This document shows positions 13,115-30,000 of a stretch of 64,000 nucleotides of DNA, in pieces. Positions within the stretch are counted from its first letter, which is position 1. Every line of letters begins with the position of its first letter. Below the pieces are notes generated by a model, which searched no databases, was not told the DNA's origin, and worked only from the letters and a program-made list of their open reading frames with translations. The DNA is from Mobula hypostoma. Taxonomy: Eukaryota. Made by a program: the position numbers and the translations under genes. Where the stretch lies: contig NC_086100.1 of assembly GCF_963921235.1 (NCBI RefSeq), forward strand, positions 201,812,001-201,876,000, given 5' to 3'.

Positions 13115-13314
13115 TGTACCGTATAGCCTACTGTATAATATGGGACTACTTTATGTTGTAGAAACATGTCGTTGCATGCGCTATTAGACGCGTATTGATC
13201 TGTACGTGTGTGTTCAAAATTCAGATTCTGCCAGTAAAGAACCATGAAACTTAGCTCCCGTCTCCAGCATTTTTATTAATAGCATTGTTGTGTAACCAGG
13301 CCACACACACAACA
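13115..13314 (+). repeat. 3' LTR
   Basis: TGTACCG...ACAACA followed by TSD GCTTC. Confidence 0.95.
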
Positions 13315-15685
13315 GCTTCCTTAGATGATATTCTGATTATCAGATCGACTCCAGAAGAGCACCTGAATAATCAGTTCTCCTGACTGATGCAACTTCGTCT
13401 ATGACAATCACGCAAAAAATGCATCCTTCTAGCAGATCATGTAGAATGCCTGAGTTTTCGCTTGGACTCCGAAGGTATGCATTCAAAGAAAAGTGTCGCC
13501 CGATTCTTGAAGCCATAGCACCAATGAATATCCATGAACTTTGCTCCTTTCTGGGCAGGTTCAATCGTTATGGCACACAGAACTAGGCCTCTTGCTCCGC
13601 CTAACTATCGAGTGAAGAACGATACGAGGTGGCGTTGGGGACAGGCAAAGGAATCTGCTTTTCGGAGAGCCAAACAAATTCTGACTCAATCCCAAGTATT
13701 CGTGCACTCCAGACCTGGGGAGCCAATCATTTTGTCTGTGACGCCTCTCTATGATGGCGTGGTGCTAACCCAGGAGAACACAAACGATGACGAGAAGCCT
13801 GGTGCTCTCGCGTCACGCACCTTTAACCCAGCCGAACAAAACTGAGCACAGTCAGACAAGGAAGCACTGGCAGTTGCTTTTGAGTCATGTGGTTTCACCA
13901 TTACCTGTACGGCCAACGTTTCGAGATTCATACGGACCACAAGCCATTGGTGGGATTGCTTGGTGAGGGCAAGGCGTCACTGAGGATGCAACAGTACCTG
14001 TCCGCTCATCAGTACACGGTATCTTACGTACCTGGTAGAAACAACTACACCGCAGATGCCTTAAGCCGTCTTCCGTTACGTGAATAGCCTCGCGAGTTGA
14101 TCCACCAGGCGAACTGGTACTACTGATGGACTGGGTCAACACGTTCTCAGGTACAAGAAGAGGTGTGACTTTGGCACTAGTAAAAAGGGTAGAAGATGGA
14201 TGGCCAACTACTGTACCCAAAACTGTGCTACTCTATGCTAGATGTCAAAATGAGTTTAGCATCCACTATGGTTGTCTACTGTAGGGAAGTCGTATTGTAA
14301 TTCCTACACAATTGAGGTCCCCTATCCTGGAAGAGTTACATTGCGCGCATCCAGGAATATCACGTATAAAGGAGCTAGCCCAGAATTACGTTTGCTGGCT
14401 GAATATTGAAGACATTAAGCACATTGTTTGAGCATACGACCCATACCAGCACTCTCGACCTTTAGATGCTCCCATGCCTGTGGTTCCCTGGCATTGGCCC
14501 ACCAAACCCTGGAAACATTTACGTGTAGACCATGCAGGACCATTAGATGGTCATGTGCTATTGGTAGTCATCGATGCACATTGTAAATGGATCGAAGCCA
14601 AAGCAGTGAAGACTTTGGCCAGCAGGACGACGATAAACATTTTACGCACACTATTTTGTACGCATGGAATCGCCAGTACTGTAGTCTGTGATGTGGTCCC
14701 GCGTTTACCAGAGAAGCATTAAAATCATCTTTACAAGGCAATGGAATTCGATTGCAACATACGCCCCCCTATCACACATCATGAAATGGTATGGCCGAAA
14801 GAGCTGTTCAGACTGTCTGAGCTGTTGATTTGACTTTTTTGTGCCCAGGCCCGGAAGACCGGGAAAGGGACAGACAAAAGACAATGAAAGTGCGATACGA
14901 TTCAAATTCGGAACATCAGGAGGTGGGTCCAGTACGAACTCTGGCAGCCAAAGGCGGACGAAAGGAGAGGTTGTGGTAAAAGAGGGCCAACAAGTTTCTT
15001 CAGCACTTGAGAATGCTGGTGTACGCTGCTGGCTTCTGAACCACATCAGGAAAAGTCCAAATGAATCTCTCATTTCAGAACGAGCTAGTGAACAGGACGG
15101 GTTAACCCCGCAGCTTATCAAAGCAGAATTCCCAGTTGGAAGCAGTGAATCCCCACGAACACTCAATTCCGGGTGTCCGGATTGCGCTGATCAGAGCAGA
15201 CCAGAAAACCGGTGGAATATCAGCAAGCCGGTTTTGCCTAAGCACTCACAGGTGGAGATTTGTCCTGTGCACTGGGTGACTGGTTATCTGTCATGTGCCA
15301 TCAGGGGATTGGTCAATTTCTTCCACTTACCCATCTATCATTTAATGTTTGACCTACTAATTCTGTGTGTGTGGGGTGTTCATTCTTTCTGGCTGAGTAC
15401 GACTCAAGCAGACCCATTCGGCTGTACAGGGCACGGTAAACTCTTCAGATTTTTCTTTAATTGTAACACCAATGACCATCCCTCCCTCCCTCCATCAGTC
15501 ACTCCCTACGTCCATTGTCCCTCGTCCCTCCTTATCCCTTCGACTGTCCATGGGCTGGTTTCTGACCAGTAGGTCTGCCTCTGTTCCTCGCACCCTCTCC
15601 TCTCCCTCCCTCTGCCTGCACACCATCTCCCCCCTCCCCTTCCTCCGAAGAGCCCCGCCCTCACATTCCTCTCTCTCCCCCCAAG

Positions 15686-15768
15686 GCCGGACTGACCCCT
15701 CGGTAGTGGAGCAGGAAAGTTCGGACCAGCTTGACTTCAGACATCACAGCTACGAGCAGCTGAGGGAG
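15686..15768 (+). CDS. CPXM1: CPXM1-like exon: (G)RTDPSVVEQESSDQLDFRHHSYEQLRE
   Basis: ccaag acceptor, gtgagt donor; LDFRHHxY start of the M14 domain; 83 bp, phase 1 to 0. Confidence 0.85.
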
Positions 15769-15881
15769 GTGAGTGAGACTCCCCCTACAAAAACACAGGA
15801 CCTCCAACCTAGCTCCTCCCTCAGTTACTCCCTCCCCCACCCGAATCACCCTCACCCCCCTCACCACCTGCTCCTCCACAG

Positions 15882-20940
<5,059 letters not shown>

Positions 20941-21001
20941 GTGGGGTCAGGTACTGTGTGTTTCGTGTGGGTCTGACACATCTACTCTCACTCCGCCCTA
21001 G

Positions 21002-21181
21002 GGGTCAGAACTTGCCGGTTGGGCCTACGGACGCTGGAACATGCAGGGCTTCGACCTGAACCATAACTTCGCCAGCCTGAACTCCGTTTTCTGGGCGTCC
21101 GAGGATGTACAATCGGATTCTAAACGTGTCCGTAACCATTTCATTCCCATTCCCAAGTACTACAGATCGCCCAACGCCACA
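21002..21181 (+). CDS. CPXM1: CPXM1-like exon: GSELAGWAYGRWNMQGFDLNHNFASLN...YYRSPNAT
   Basis: ctag acceptor, gtgagt donor; DLNHNF is the CPXM1-type variant of DLNRNF; 180 bp. Confidence 0.93.
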
Positions 21182-21199
21182 GTGAGTCCTTCAGTAACC

Positions 21200-22530
21200 C
21201 CTCCCCTCAACCTCATCCCCTCCCCTCCCTGACCTCATCCCCTCCCCTCCCTGACCTCATCCCCTCCCCTCCCCGACCTCATCCCCTCCCGTCCCCGACC
21301 TCATCCCCTCCCCTCCCCTCCCCGACCTCATCCCCTCCCCTCCCCTCCCTGACCTCATCCCCTCCCAACCTCTCCCCTCCCCAACCTCTCCCCTCCCCGA
21401 CCTCTCCCCTCCCCGACCTCATCCCCTCCCCTCCCCTCCCCGACCTCATCCCCTCCCAACCTCTCCCCTCCCCAACCTCTCCCCTCCCCGACCTCATCCC
21501 CTCCCCTCCCCTCCCCGACCTCATCCCCTCCCCTCCCTTCCCCTCCCTGACCTCATCCCCTCCCCTTGTCGACCTCATCCCCTCCCCTCCCCTCTCCGAC
21601 CTCATCCCCTCCCCTCCCCGACCTCATCCCCTCCCCTACCCTCTCTGACCTCATCCCCTCCCCTCCCCAACCTCATCCCCTCCCCTCCCCTCCCCTCCCT
21701 GACCTCATCCCCTCCCCGACCTCATCCCCTCCCCTCCCCTCTCCTCCCCAACCTCATCCTCTCCCCTCCCCTCCCCTCCCCTCCTCTCCCCTCCCCTCCC
21801 CTCCTCTCCCCTCCCCAACCTCATCCCCTCCCCTCCCCTCCCCTCCTCTCCCCGACCTCATCCCCTCCCCTCCCCTCCCCTCCCCTCCCCTCCCCTCCCG
21901 ACCTCATCCCCTCCCCTCCCCGACCTCATCCCCTCCCCTCCCCTCCCCTCCCCGACCTCATCCCCTCCCCTCCCCTCTCCTCCCCTCCCCTCTCCTCCCC
22001 TCCCCTCCCGACCTCATCCCCTCCCCTCCCCGACCTCATCCCCTCCCCTCCCCTCCCGACCTTATCCCCTCCCCTCCCCTCCCCACCTCATCCCCTCCCC
22101 TCCCCACCTCATCCCCTCCCCTCCCCTCCCGACCTCATCCCCTCCCCTCCCCTCTCCTCCCCTCCCCTCCCGACCTCATCCCCTCCCCTCCCCTCCCGAC
22201 CTTATCCCCTCCCCTCCCCTCCCGACCTTATCCCCTCCCCTCCCGACCTTATCCCCTCCCCTCCCCGACCTCATCCCCTCCCCTCCCCTCCCCTCCCCTC
22301 CCGACCTCATCCCCTCCCCTCCCCGACCTCATCCCCTCCTCTCCCCTCCCCTCCCGACCTTATCCCCTCCCCTCCCCGACCTCATCCCCTCCCCTCCCCT
22401 CCCCTCTCCTCCCCTCCCCTCCCCTCCCCTCCCGACCTCATCCCCTCCCCTCCCCGACCTCATCCCCTCCCCTCCCCGACCTCCTCCCCTCCCCTCCCCT
22501 CCTCTCCCCTCCCCTCCCCTCCCCTCCCCA
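21200..22530. repeat. C-rich low-complexity repeat, (CCCCT)n with CCGACCTCAT units
   Basis: Almost pure pyrimidine strand for 1.3 kb. Confidence 0.95.
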
Positions 22531-22894
22531 GCGGTATCAGTGGATCTGCCGTTGCTCACCTCCAGACTGACTGCCTCTTGACCTCAGGACCTTCTCTCAA
22601 GAGAAACACAGAACAGTACAGCCCAGGAACAGGCCCTCTGGCCCTCAGTGTTGTGCCAAACAGATCAGATTGGTAATCAAATCTCTCCTGCCTACACAAT
22701 GTCCATGTCTTTCATTTTCCTCACACTCGCGTGTCTCTCTAAACGCCTCTTGAAAGTCCGTTGTGTCTCTACCTCTAGCACCAGCCCAGGCAGCCAGCAC
22801 TCCCCTCATCTGAATTGAACCCACCCACTTTCAGCTTCAATGCACACCCACTGCGATTAGACGTTTCAACCCTTGGAATCAGATACTCCCCATC

Positions 22895-23330
22895 TACACA
22901 CATCAAAGTTGCTGGTGAATGCAGCAGGCCAGGCAGCATCTCTAGGAAGAGGTACAGTCGACGTTTCAGGCCGAGACCCTTCGTCAGGACTAACTGAAGG
23001 AAGAGTTAGTAAGAGATTTGAAAGTGGGAGGGGGAGGGGGAGATCTGAAATGATAGGAGAAGACAGGAGGGGGAGGGATGGAGCCAAGAGCTGGACAGGT
23101 GATTGGCAAAGGGGATATGAGAGGATCATGGGACAGGAGGCCCAGGGAGAAGGAAAAGGGGGAGGGGGAAAACCCCAGAGGATGGGCAAGGGATATAGGT
23201 AGAGGGACAGAGGGAGAAAAAAGAGAGAGGAAGAGAATATATTTATATATTAATAATAATAAATAAGGGATGGGATACAAGGGGGAGGTGGGGCATTAAT
23301 GGAAGTTTCAGAATTCAATGTTCATGCCAT
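22895..23330 (-). mobile_element. Interspersed repeat end, probably Penelope-like; related pieces near 24080-24385, 37500-37800 and 49390-49760
   Basis: Recurrent motif TGACGAAGGGTCTCGGCCTGAAACGTCGAC...GATGCTGCCTGGCCTGCTG in several places; family assignment is from recall. Confidence 0.5.
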
Positions 23331-24419
23331 CATCCACTCCGTCTGTGCCTTTTTTAATCTTATAAACCCCTGACAGATCTCCCCTCAGCCCCGCCACTCC
23401 AGAGAAACCAACCCAAGTTTGTCCAGCTTCTTGTCAAAACACATGCCCTCTAAACCTGGCAGCCTCCTGGTAAACCTCTTCTGCATCCTCTCCAAAACCT
23501 GACATCCTTCCTATAATGGGGTGACCAGAAGCGTCGATCTTTGTTCCCTGAGTCTGGGCATTGTCCTCCTGCTGAGCGTGTCCTCCCAGGGGTACGGGCA
23601 CATGGAGGAGGGTACAGCAGTGAGTGATAGGAAGGCAGGTCTAGGGGGTCAGGAAAGGGGAACCTATATTAAAATCAAATAGTACCTCGGCAGAGAATAG
23701 GGCCCTCGGGAGTCCGTGTGGAGCCACAGGAGGTAGATGTTTCCCACCTGGATTATCTGTGGAGAAACTCATGGAAGCAGGAATTCCGGGGTAAAGAATG
23801 GGAAATCCCTCCAGCAGACCAACAAGAGAGCATGGCGGGGGGGGGGGTGCGTTGCCTGCCTTGTATTGGTGGCTAAAAACCCAAGAGATAGCCTGCATGC
23901 CTGTGGCTGTTATGGAAAGCTCGGGCAGAAACTGCTGGTGCTCTGGCACAGATATCTGTGTCATTACGAGGTACCGGGGGACCGGCGGGGTCTGCAGTTC
24001 AGAAGGACTACAAGAAAAGGCCAACAAACTACAGGTTGGTGAGCCTGGCATCAGTGATGGCATGAACATAGATTTCTCCTTCCAGGAATACTTTCCCTCT
24101 TCTGTTCCTCAGTCTGGCCCCTTCCCTTTCCTCCTCACCTGCCTACCACCTCCGCATGGTGCCTCTCCTCCCTCCCTTTCTCCCACGGTCTACTCTCCTC
24201 TCCTATCAGATTCCTTTTCCAGCCCTTTCCCTCTTCCACCCATCACCTGCCAGCTTTCCCTCCTAACTCTTCCCCCTCCTCCACCTCCTTATTCCCGCAT
24301 CTTCCCCCTTCCTTTCCAGTCTTGGCCCGAAACGTCGACAGGCCTGAAACATCTCTGATCTGCTGAGTTCCTCCAGCAGTTTGTTTGTGTTCGTCTACGA
24401 CTGCATGGCCTCTCCAGGC

Positions 24420-26100
24420 AGCTGTGGCTGCTGTGGGTATGGGTCCCTGCTGGGAAAGGTTGTGGCTGCTGTGGGTACGGGTCCCTGCTGGGAAAAGCTG
24501 TGGCTACTGTGGGTACGGGTCCCTGCTGGGAAAGGCTGTGGCTACTGTGGGTACAGGTCCCTGCAGGGAAAGTTTTGGCTGCTGTGGGTACGGGTCTCTG
24601 CTGGGAAAAGTTGTGGCTGCTGTGGGTACAGGTCCCTGCTGGGAAAAGTTGTGGCTGCTGTGGGTACGGGTCTCTGCTGGGAAAGGTTGTGGCTGCTGTG
24701 GGTACGGGTCTCTGCTGGGAAAGGTTGTGGCTGCTGTGGGTACGGGTCTCTGCTGGGAAAGGTTGTGGCTGCTGTGGGTACGGGTCTCTGCTGGGAAAGG
24801 TTGTGGCTGCTGTGGGTACGGGTCCCTGCTGGGAAAGTTTTGGCTGCTGTGGGTACGGGTCTCTGCTGGGAAAAGTTGTGGCTGCTGTGGGTACAGGTCC
24901 CTGCTGGGAAAAGTTGTGGCTGCTGTGGGTACGGGTCTCTGCTGGGAAAGGTTGTGGCTGCTGTGGGTACGGGTCTCTGCTGGGAAAGGTTGTGGCTGCT
25001 GTGGGTACGGGTCTCTGCTGGGAAAGGTTGTGGCTGCTGTGGGTACGGGTCTCTGCTGGGAAAGGTTGTGGCTGCTGTGGGTACGGGTCCCTGCTGGGAA
25101 AGGCTTTGGCTGCTGTGGGTACAGGTCCCTGCTGGGAAAGGTTGTGGCTGCTGTGGGTACGGATCTCTGCTGGGAAAGGTTGTGGCTGCTGTGGGTACGG
25201 ATCTCTGCTGGGAAAGGCTCTGGCTACTGTGGGTACGGGTCCCTGCTGGGAAAGGCTCTGGCTGCTGTGGGTACGGGTCCCTGCTGGGAAAGGCTCTGGC
25301 TGCTGTGGGTACGGGTCCCTGCTGGGAAAGGCTCTGGCTGCTGTGGGTACGGGTCCCTGCTGGGAAAGGCTCTGGCTGCTGTGGGTACGGGTCCCTGCAG
25401 GGAAAGGCTCTGGCTGCTGTGGGTATTGGTCCCTGCTGGGAAAGGTTGTGGCTGCTGTGGGTACGGGTCCCTGCTGGGAAAGGCTCTGGCTGCTGTGGGT
25501 ATGGGTCCCTGCTGGGAAAGGTTTTGGCTGCTGTGGGTACGGGTCCCTGCTGGGAAAGGTTTTGGCTGCTGTGGGTACAGGTCCCTGCTGGGAAAGGTTT
25601 TGGCTGCTGTGGGTACAGGTCTCTGCTGGGAAAGGCTCTGGCTGCTGTGGGTACGGGTCCCTGCTGGGAAAGGTTTTGGCTGCTGTGGGTACGGGTCCCT
25701 GCTGGGAAAGGTTGTGGCTGCTGTGGGTACAGGTCCCTGCTGGGAAAGGTTGTGGCTGCTGTGGGTACGGGTCCCTGCTGGGAAAGGTTTGGCTGCTGTG
25801 GGTACAGGTCCCTGCTGGGAAAGGTTGTGGCTGCTGTGGGTACGGGTCTCTGCTGGGAAAGGTTGTGGCTGCTGTGGGTACGGGTCCCTGCTGGGAAAGG
25901 CTTTGGCTGCTGTGGGTACAGGTCCCTGCTGGGAAAGGTTGTGGCTGCTGTGGGTACGGGTCTCTGCTGGGAAAGGTTGTGGCTGCTGTGGGTACGGGTC
26001 TCTGCTGGGAAAGGTTGTGGCTGCTGTGGGTACGGGTCTCTGCTGGGAAAGGTTGTGGCTGCTGTGGGTACGGGTCTCTGCTGGGAAAGGTTGTGGCTGT
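24420..26100. repeat. 38-bp minisatellite (GCTGGGAAAGGTTGTGGCTGCTGTGGGTACGGGTCTCT)
   Basis: Tandem repetition; 38-aa periodicity of spurious ORFs. Confidence 0.95.
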
Positions 26101-26127
26101 GACTCTGCGATATTGTCCCTTTGCCAG

Positions 26128-26425
26128 GTTGCTCCGGAGACGTGGGCGGTCATTAACTGGATGAAGAAGGTCCCATTCGTGCTGAGTGCAAACCTGCATG
26201 GAGGGGACATGGTGGTCAGTTACCCGTTCGATCAGTGCCGCGAGATAGGCACTGACCATGAGCCCAGCCCGACGCCTGACGAAGAAGTCTTCCGCTGGCT
26301 CTCCTTTGCCTTCGCCTCCAGCCACCGGGCCATGGCTCAGTACAACCGGCGCCTCTGTCACGGGGACGACTTCATGCAACACAGCAACATTATCAACGGC
26401 GCCCACTGGCACACCATGGTTGGCA
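26128..26425 (+). CDS. CPXM1: CPXM1-like exon: VAPETWAVINWMKKVPFVLSANLHGGDMVVSYPFD...TPDEEVFRWL...IINGAHWHTMVG
   Basis: ccag acceptor, gtgagt donor; SANLHGG zinc-ligand His and YPFD motifs; 298 bp, phase 0 to 1. Confidence 0.95.
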
Positions 26426-27009
26426 GTGAGTCTCACACACACGTGGGAACGCAGCACGACACAGCTGAACTCACCCAGACAGAGCTGAACATCTCCCCAC
26501 CCATGAACACTCCTCCCCACGGCCAAATGGACTCAGCTACTGTTAAACAATTTCCCACAGTCAAACACACTCGGAGACCGTTAAACAACTTCCCACAGTC
26601 GTATCTCCTCCCCAGGGCTGAACACACTCGGATACCGTTAAACATCTCCCCACAGCCGAACAGTCTGCCCCAAGGCCAAACACACTCAGATACTGTTAAA
26701 CAATTCCCCACGGCCAAACTCACTCGGATACCGTTAAACAACTCCCCACGGCTGAACGCGCCTAGACACAGCCAAGTGCTTCCCAACATCTAAACTTGCT
26801 CCATCAACACCCCAGGACACAGCCAATGCCCCCTCTAAGGTGTGCACGTGTTCGCACACTCATCTTTTGCTACCCGAGCAGTGAGGAATTTAAACTGCAC
26901 CTTCTACGTCGATGCCACATTAAGTATATTTCACGATCGAACACAATCACGTTTCCTTTTCCGGTTTCTGATGTGGACAGTGTTGTCAACATTGAGTTTG
27001 CAATGATTT

Positions 27010-30000
27010 ATAGACAATAGGTGCAGAAGTAGACCATTCGGCCCTTCGAGCCTGCACCGCCATTCTGAGATCATGGCTGATCATCTACTATCAATACCCG
27101 GTTCCTGCCTTGTCCCCATAACCCTTGATTCCCCTATCCATAAGATACCTATCTAGCTCCTTCTTGAAAGCATCCAGAGAATTGGCCTCCACTGCCTTCT
27201 GAGGCAGCGCGTTCCACACCTCCACAACTCTCTGGGAGAAGAAGTTCCTCCTCAACTCTGTCCTAAATGACCTACCCCTTATTCTTAAACCATGCCCTCT
27301 GGTACTGGACTCTCCCAGCATCTGGAACATATTTCCTGCTTCTATCTTGTCCAATCCCTTAATAATCTTATATGTCTCAATCAGATCCCCCCTCAATCTC
27401 CTTAATTCCAGCGTGTACAAGCCCAGTCTCTCTAAACTCTCTGCGTAAGACAGTCCGGACATCCCAGGAATTAACCTAGTGAACCTACGCTGCACCTCTT
27501 CCACAGCCAGGATGTCCTTCCTTAACCCTGGAGACCAAAACTGCATACAATACTCCAGGTGTGGTCTCACCAGGGCCCTGTACAAATGCAAAAAGATTTC
27601 CTTGCTCTTGTACTCCATTCCCTTTGTAATAAAGGCCAACATCCCATTACCCTTCTTCACTGCCTGCTGCACTTGCTCATTCACCTTCAGAGACTGATGA
27701 ATAAGTACTCCTAGATCTCTTTGTATTTCAGCCCTACCTAACTCCACACCGTTCAGATAATAATCTGCCTTCCTGTTCTTGCTTCCAAAGTGAATAACCT
27801 CACACTTATTCACATTAAACGCCATCTGCCAAGTTTCTGCCCACTCACCCAGCCTATCCAAGTCACCTTGAATTCTCCTAACATCCTCATCACGTCACAC
27901 TGCCACCCAGCTTAGTATCATCAGCAAACTTGCTGATGTTATTCACAATGCCTTCCTCTAAATCATTGACGTAAATCGTAAACAGCTGTGGTCTCAATAC
28001 TGAGCCCTGTGGCACCCCACTAGTCACCACCTGCCATTCCGAGAAACACCCATTCACTGCTACCCTTTGCTTTCTATCTGCCAACCAGTTTTCCATCCAT
28101 GTCAATATCCTCCCCCCAATGACATGAGCTCTGATTTTACCCACCAATCTCCTATGTGGTACCTTATCAAATGCCTTCTGAAAGTCAAGGTACACCACAT
28201 CCGCTGGATCTCCCGCGTCTATCTTCCTGGTTACATCCTCGAAAAACTCCAATAGATTAGTCAAGCATGATTTGCCCTTGGTAAATCCATGCTGGCTCGG
28301 CCCAATCCTATCACTGCTATCAAGATATGCCGCTATTTCATCTTTAATAATGGACTCTAGCATCTTCCCCACTACTGATGTTAGGTTAACAGGGCGATAG
28401 TTCTCTGTTTTCTCCCTCCTTCCTTTCTTAAAAAGTGGGATAACATCAGCCATTCGCTAATCCTCAGGGACTGATCCTGAATCTAAGGAACATTGGAAAA
28501 TGATCACCAATGCATCCACAATTTCCAGAGCCACCTCCTTTAGTACCCTAGGATGCAGACCATCTGGATTTGGGGATTTATTAGCCTTCAGTCCCATCAG
28601 TCTACTCATCACCGTTTCCTTCCTAATGTCAATCTGTTTCAGTTCCTCTGTTACCCTATGTCCTTGGCCCATCCATACTTCTGGGAGATTGCTTGTGTCT
28701 TCCTAGTGAAGACAGATCCAAAGTACTTATTAAATTCGTCTGCCATTTCTCTGTTTCCCATAACAATTTCTCCCAATTCATTCTTCAAGGGCCCAACATT
28801 GTTCTTAACTATCTCCCTTCTCTTCACATACCTTTCTTTTCTTTTTAAATCTTTTTATTGAATAAGTATAAGGGCATATAAACATTAATACAATGTTAAA
28901 GTATAATAAAATTCCAAAAGGTATCAATACCAAAAAAAATACTACAAACAATGTAATTTAAACATAAGAAACCAAGATAACCTAATAGTATACTAAATTT
29001 TATATATATCAATGGAAAAAAAAAGAAAAAAAAACCCCCCAAAAAAAACCCACCGTGCAACTAACTAAAAGCAAAGCAAAGCAATGGGCTAACTTGAAAC
29101 CAAACAGAGTTAAACTTAAAATCACGTCCTCAATCCCGACCTCCATTAAAAACACATACCTAAAAAAACTTTTGCTATCCTCCTTTATATTCCTAGCTAG
29201 CTTGCGTTCAGGCCTCATTTTTTCTCCCCGTATAGCCTTTTTAGTTAAGTTCTGTTGCTCCTTAAAAATTTCCCAATCATCCGTCTTCCCACTCACCTCA
29301 GCTCTGTTATACTTTTTTAATGCTATGCTATCTCTGACTTCCTTTGTCAACCACTGTGGCCACTTTCCCCCCTTTGAATCCTTCCTTCTCCGGGGGATGA
29401 ACTGATTTTTCACCTTGTGCATTATTCCCAAGAATACCTGCCATTGCTGTTCCACTGTCTTTTCTGCTAGGATATCCGACCAGTCAACTTTGGCCAGCTC
29501 CTCCCTCATGGCTCCATAGTCTCCTTTGTTCACCTGCAATACTGACACTTCTGATCTGCCCTTATCCCTCTCAACTTACAGATAAAAATTTATCATATTA
29601 TGGTCACTACCTCCTAATGGCTCCTTTACTTCAAGATCACTTATCAAATCCTGTTCATTGCTCAACACTAAATCCAGAATAGCCTTATCCCTGGTCGGCT
29701 CTCGTACAAGCTGCTCCAAAAATGCATCCCGTAGGCACTCTACAAACTGCCTATCCTGGGGTCCAGTACCAACCTGATTTTCCCAGTTCACCTGCATGTT
29801 GAAATCCCCCATAACTACTGCGACATTTCCTTTGCCACATGCCATTGTTAACTCCCTATTCAACTTGCACCCAATATCCATGCTACTGTTTGGGGGCCTG
29901 TAGATAACATCTATTAGGGTCTTTTTGCCCTTACTGTTCCTCAGTTCTATCCACACTGACTCTACTTCTCCTGATTCTATGTCCCCCCTTGCAAGGGACT

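Larger units (their letters stand above)
9317..13314 (+). mobile_element. Complete non-autonomous Gypsy LTR retrotransposon carrying captured SUDS3 and LTBP cDNA
   Basis: Two 200-bp TG...CA LTRs, GCTTC TSD (9312-9316 and 13315-13319), PBS, PPT, gag and protease; RT/RH/IN replaced by host cDNA. Confidence 0.95.
9062..15100 (+). mobile_element. Older Gypsy/Ty3 (Mag-like) pol remnant: RT, RNase H, integrase; interrupted by the nested element at 9317-13314
   Basis: FTKLDLAHAYQQL (ORF 9062-9292); xLDDILI resumes at 13315; RNase H ASRT...DKEALAV and FEIHTDHKPL; integrase LEELHCAHPG and PWKHLRVDHAGP...VIDAHCKW; no LTRs found, ends approximate. Confidence 0.85.
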
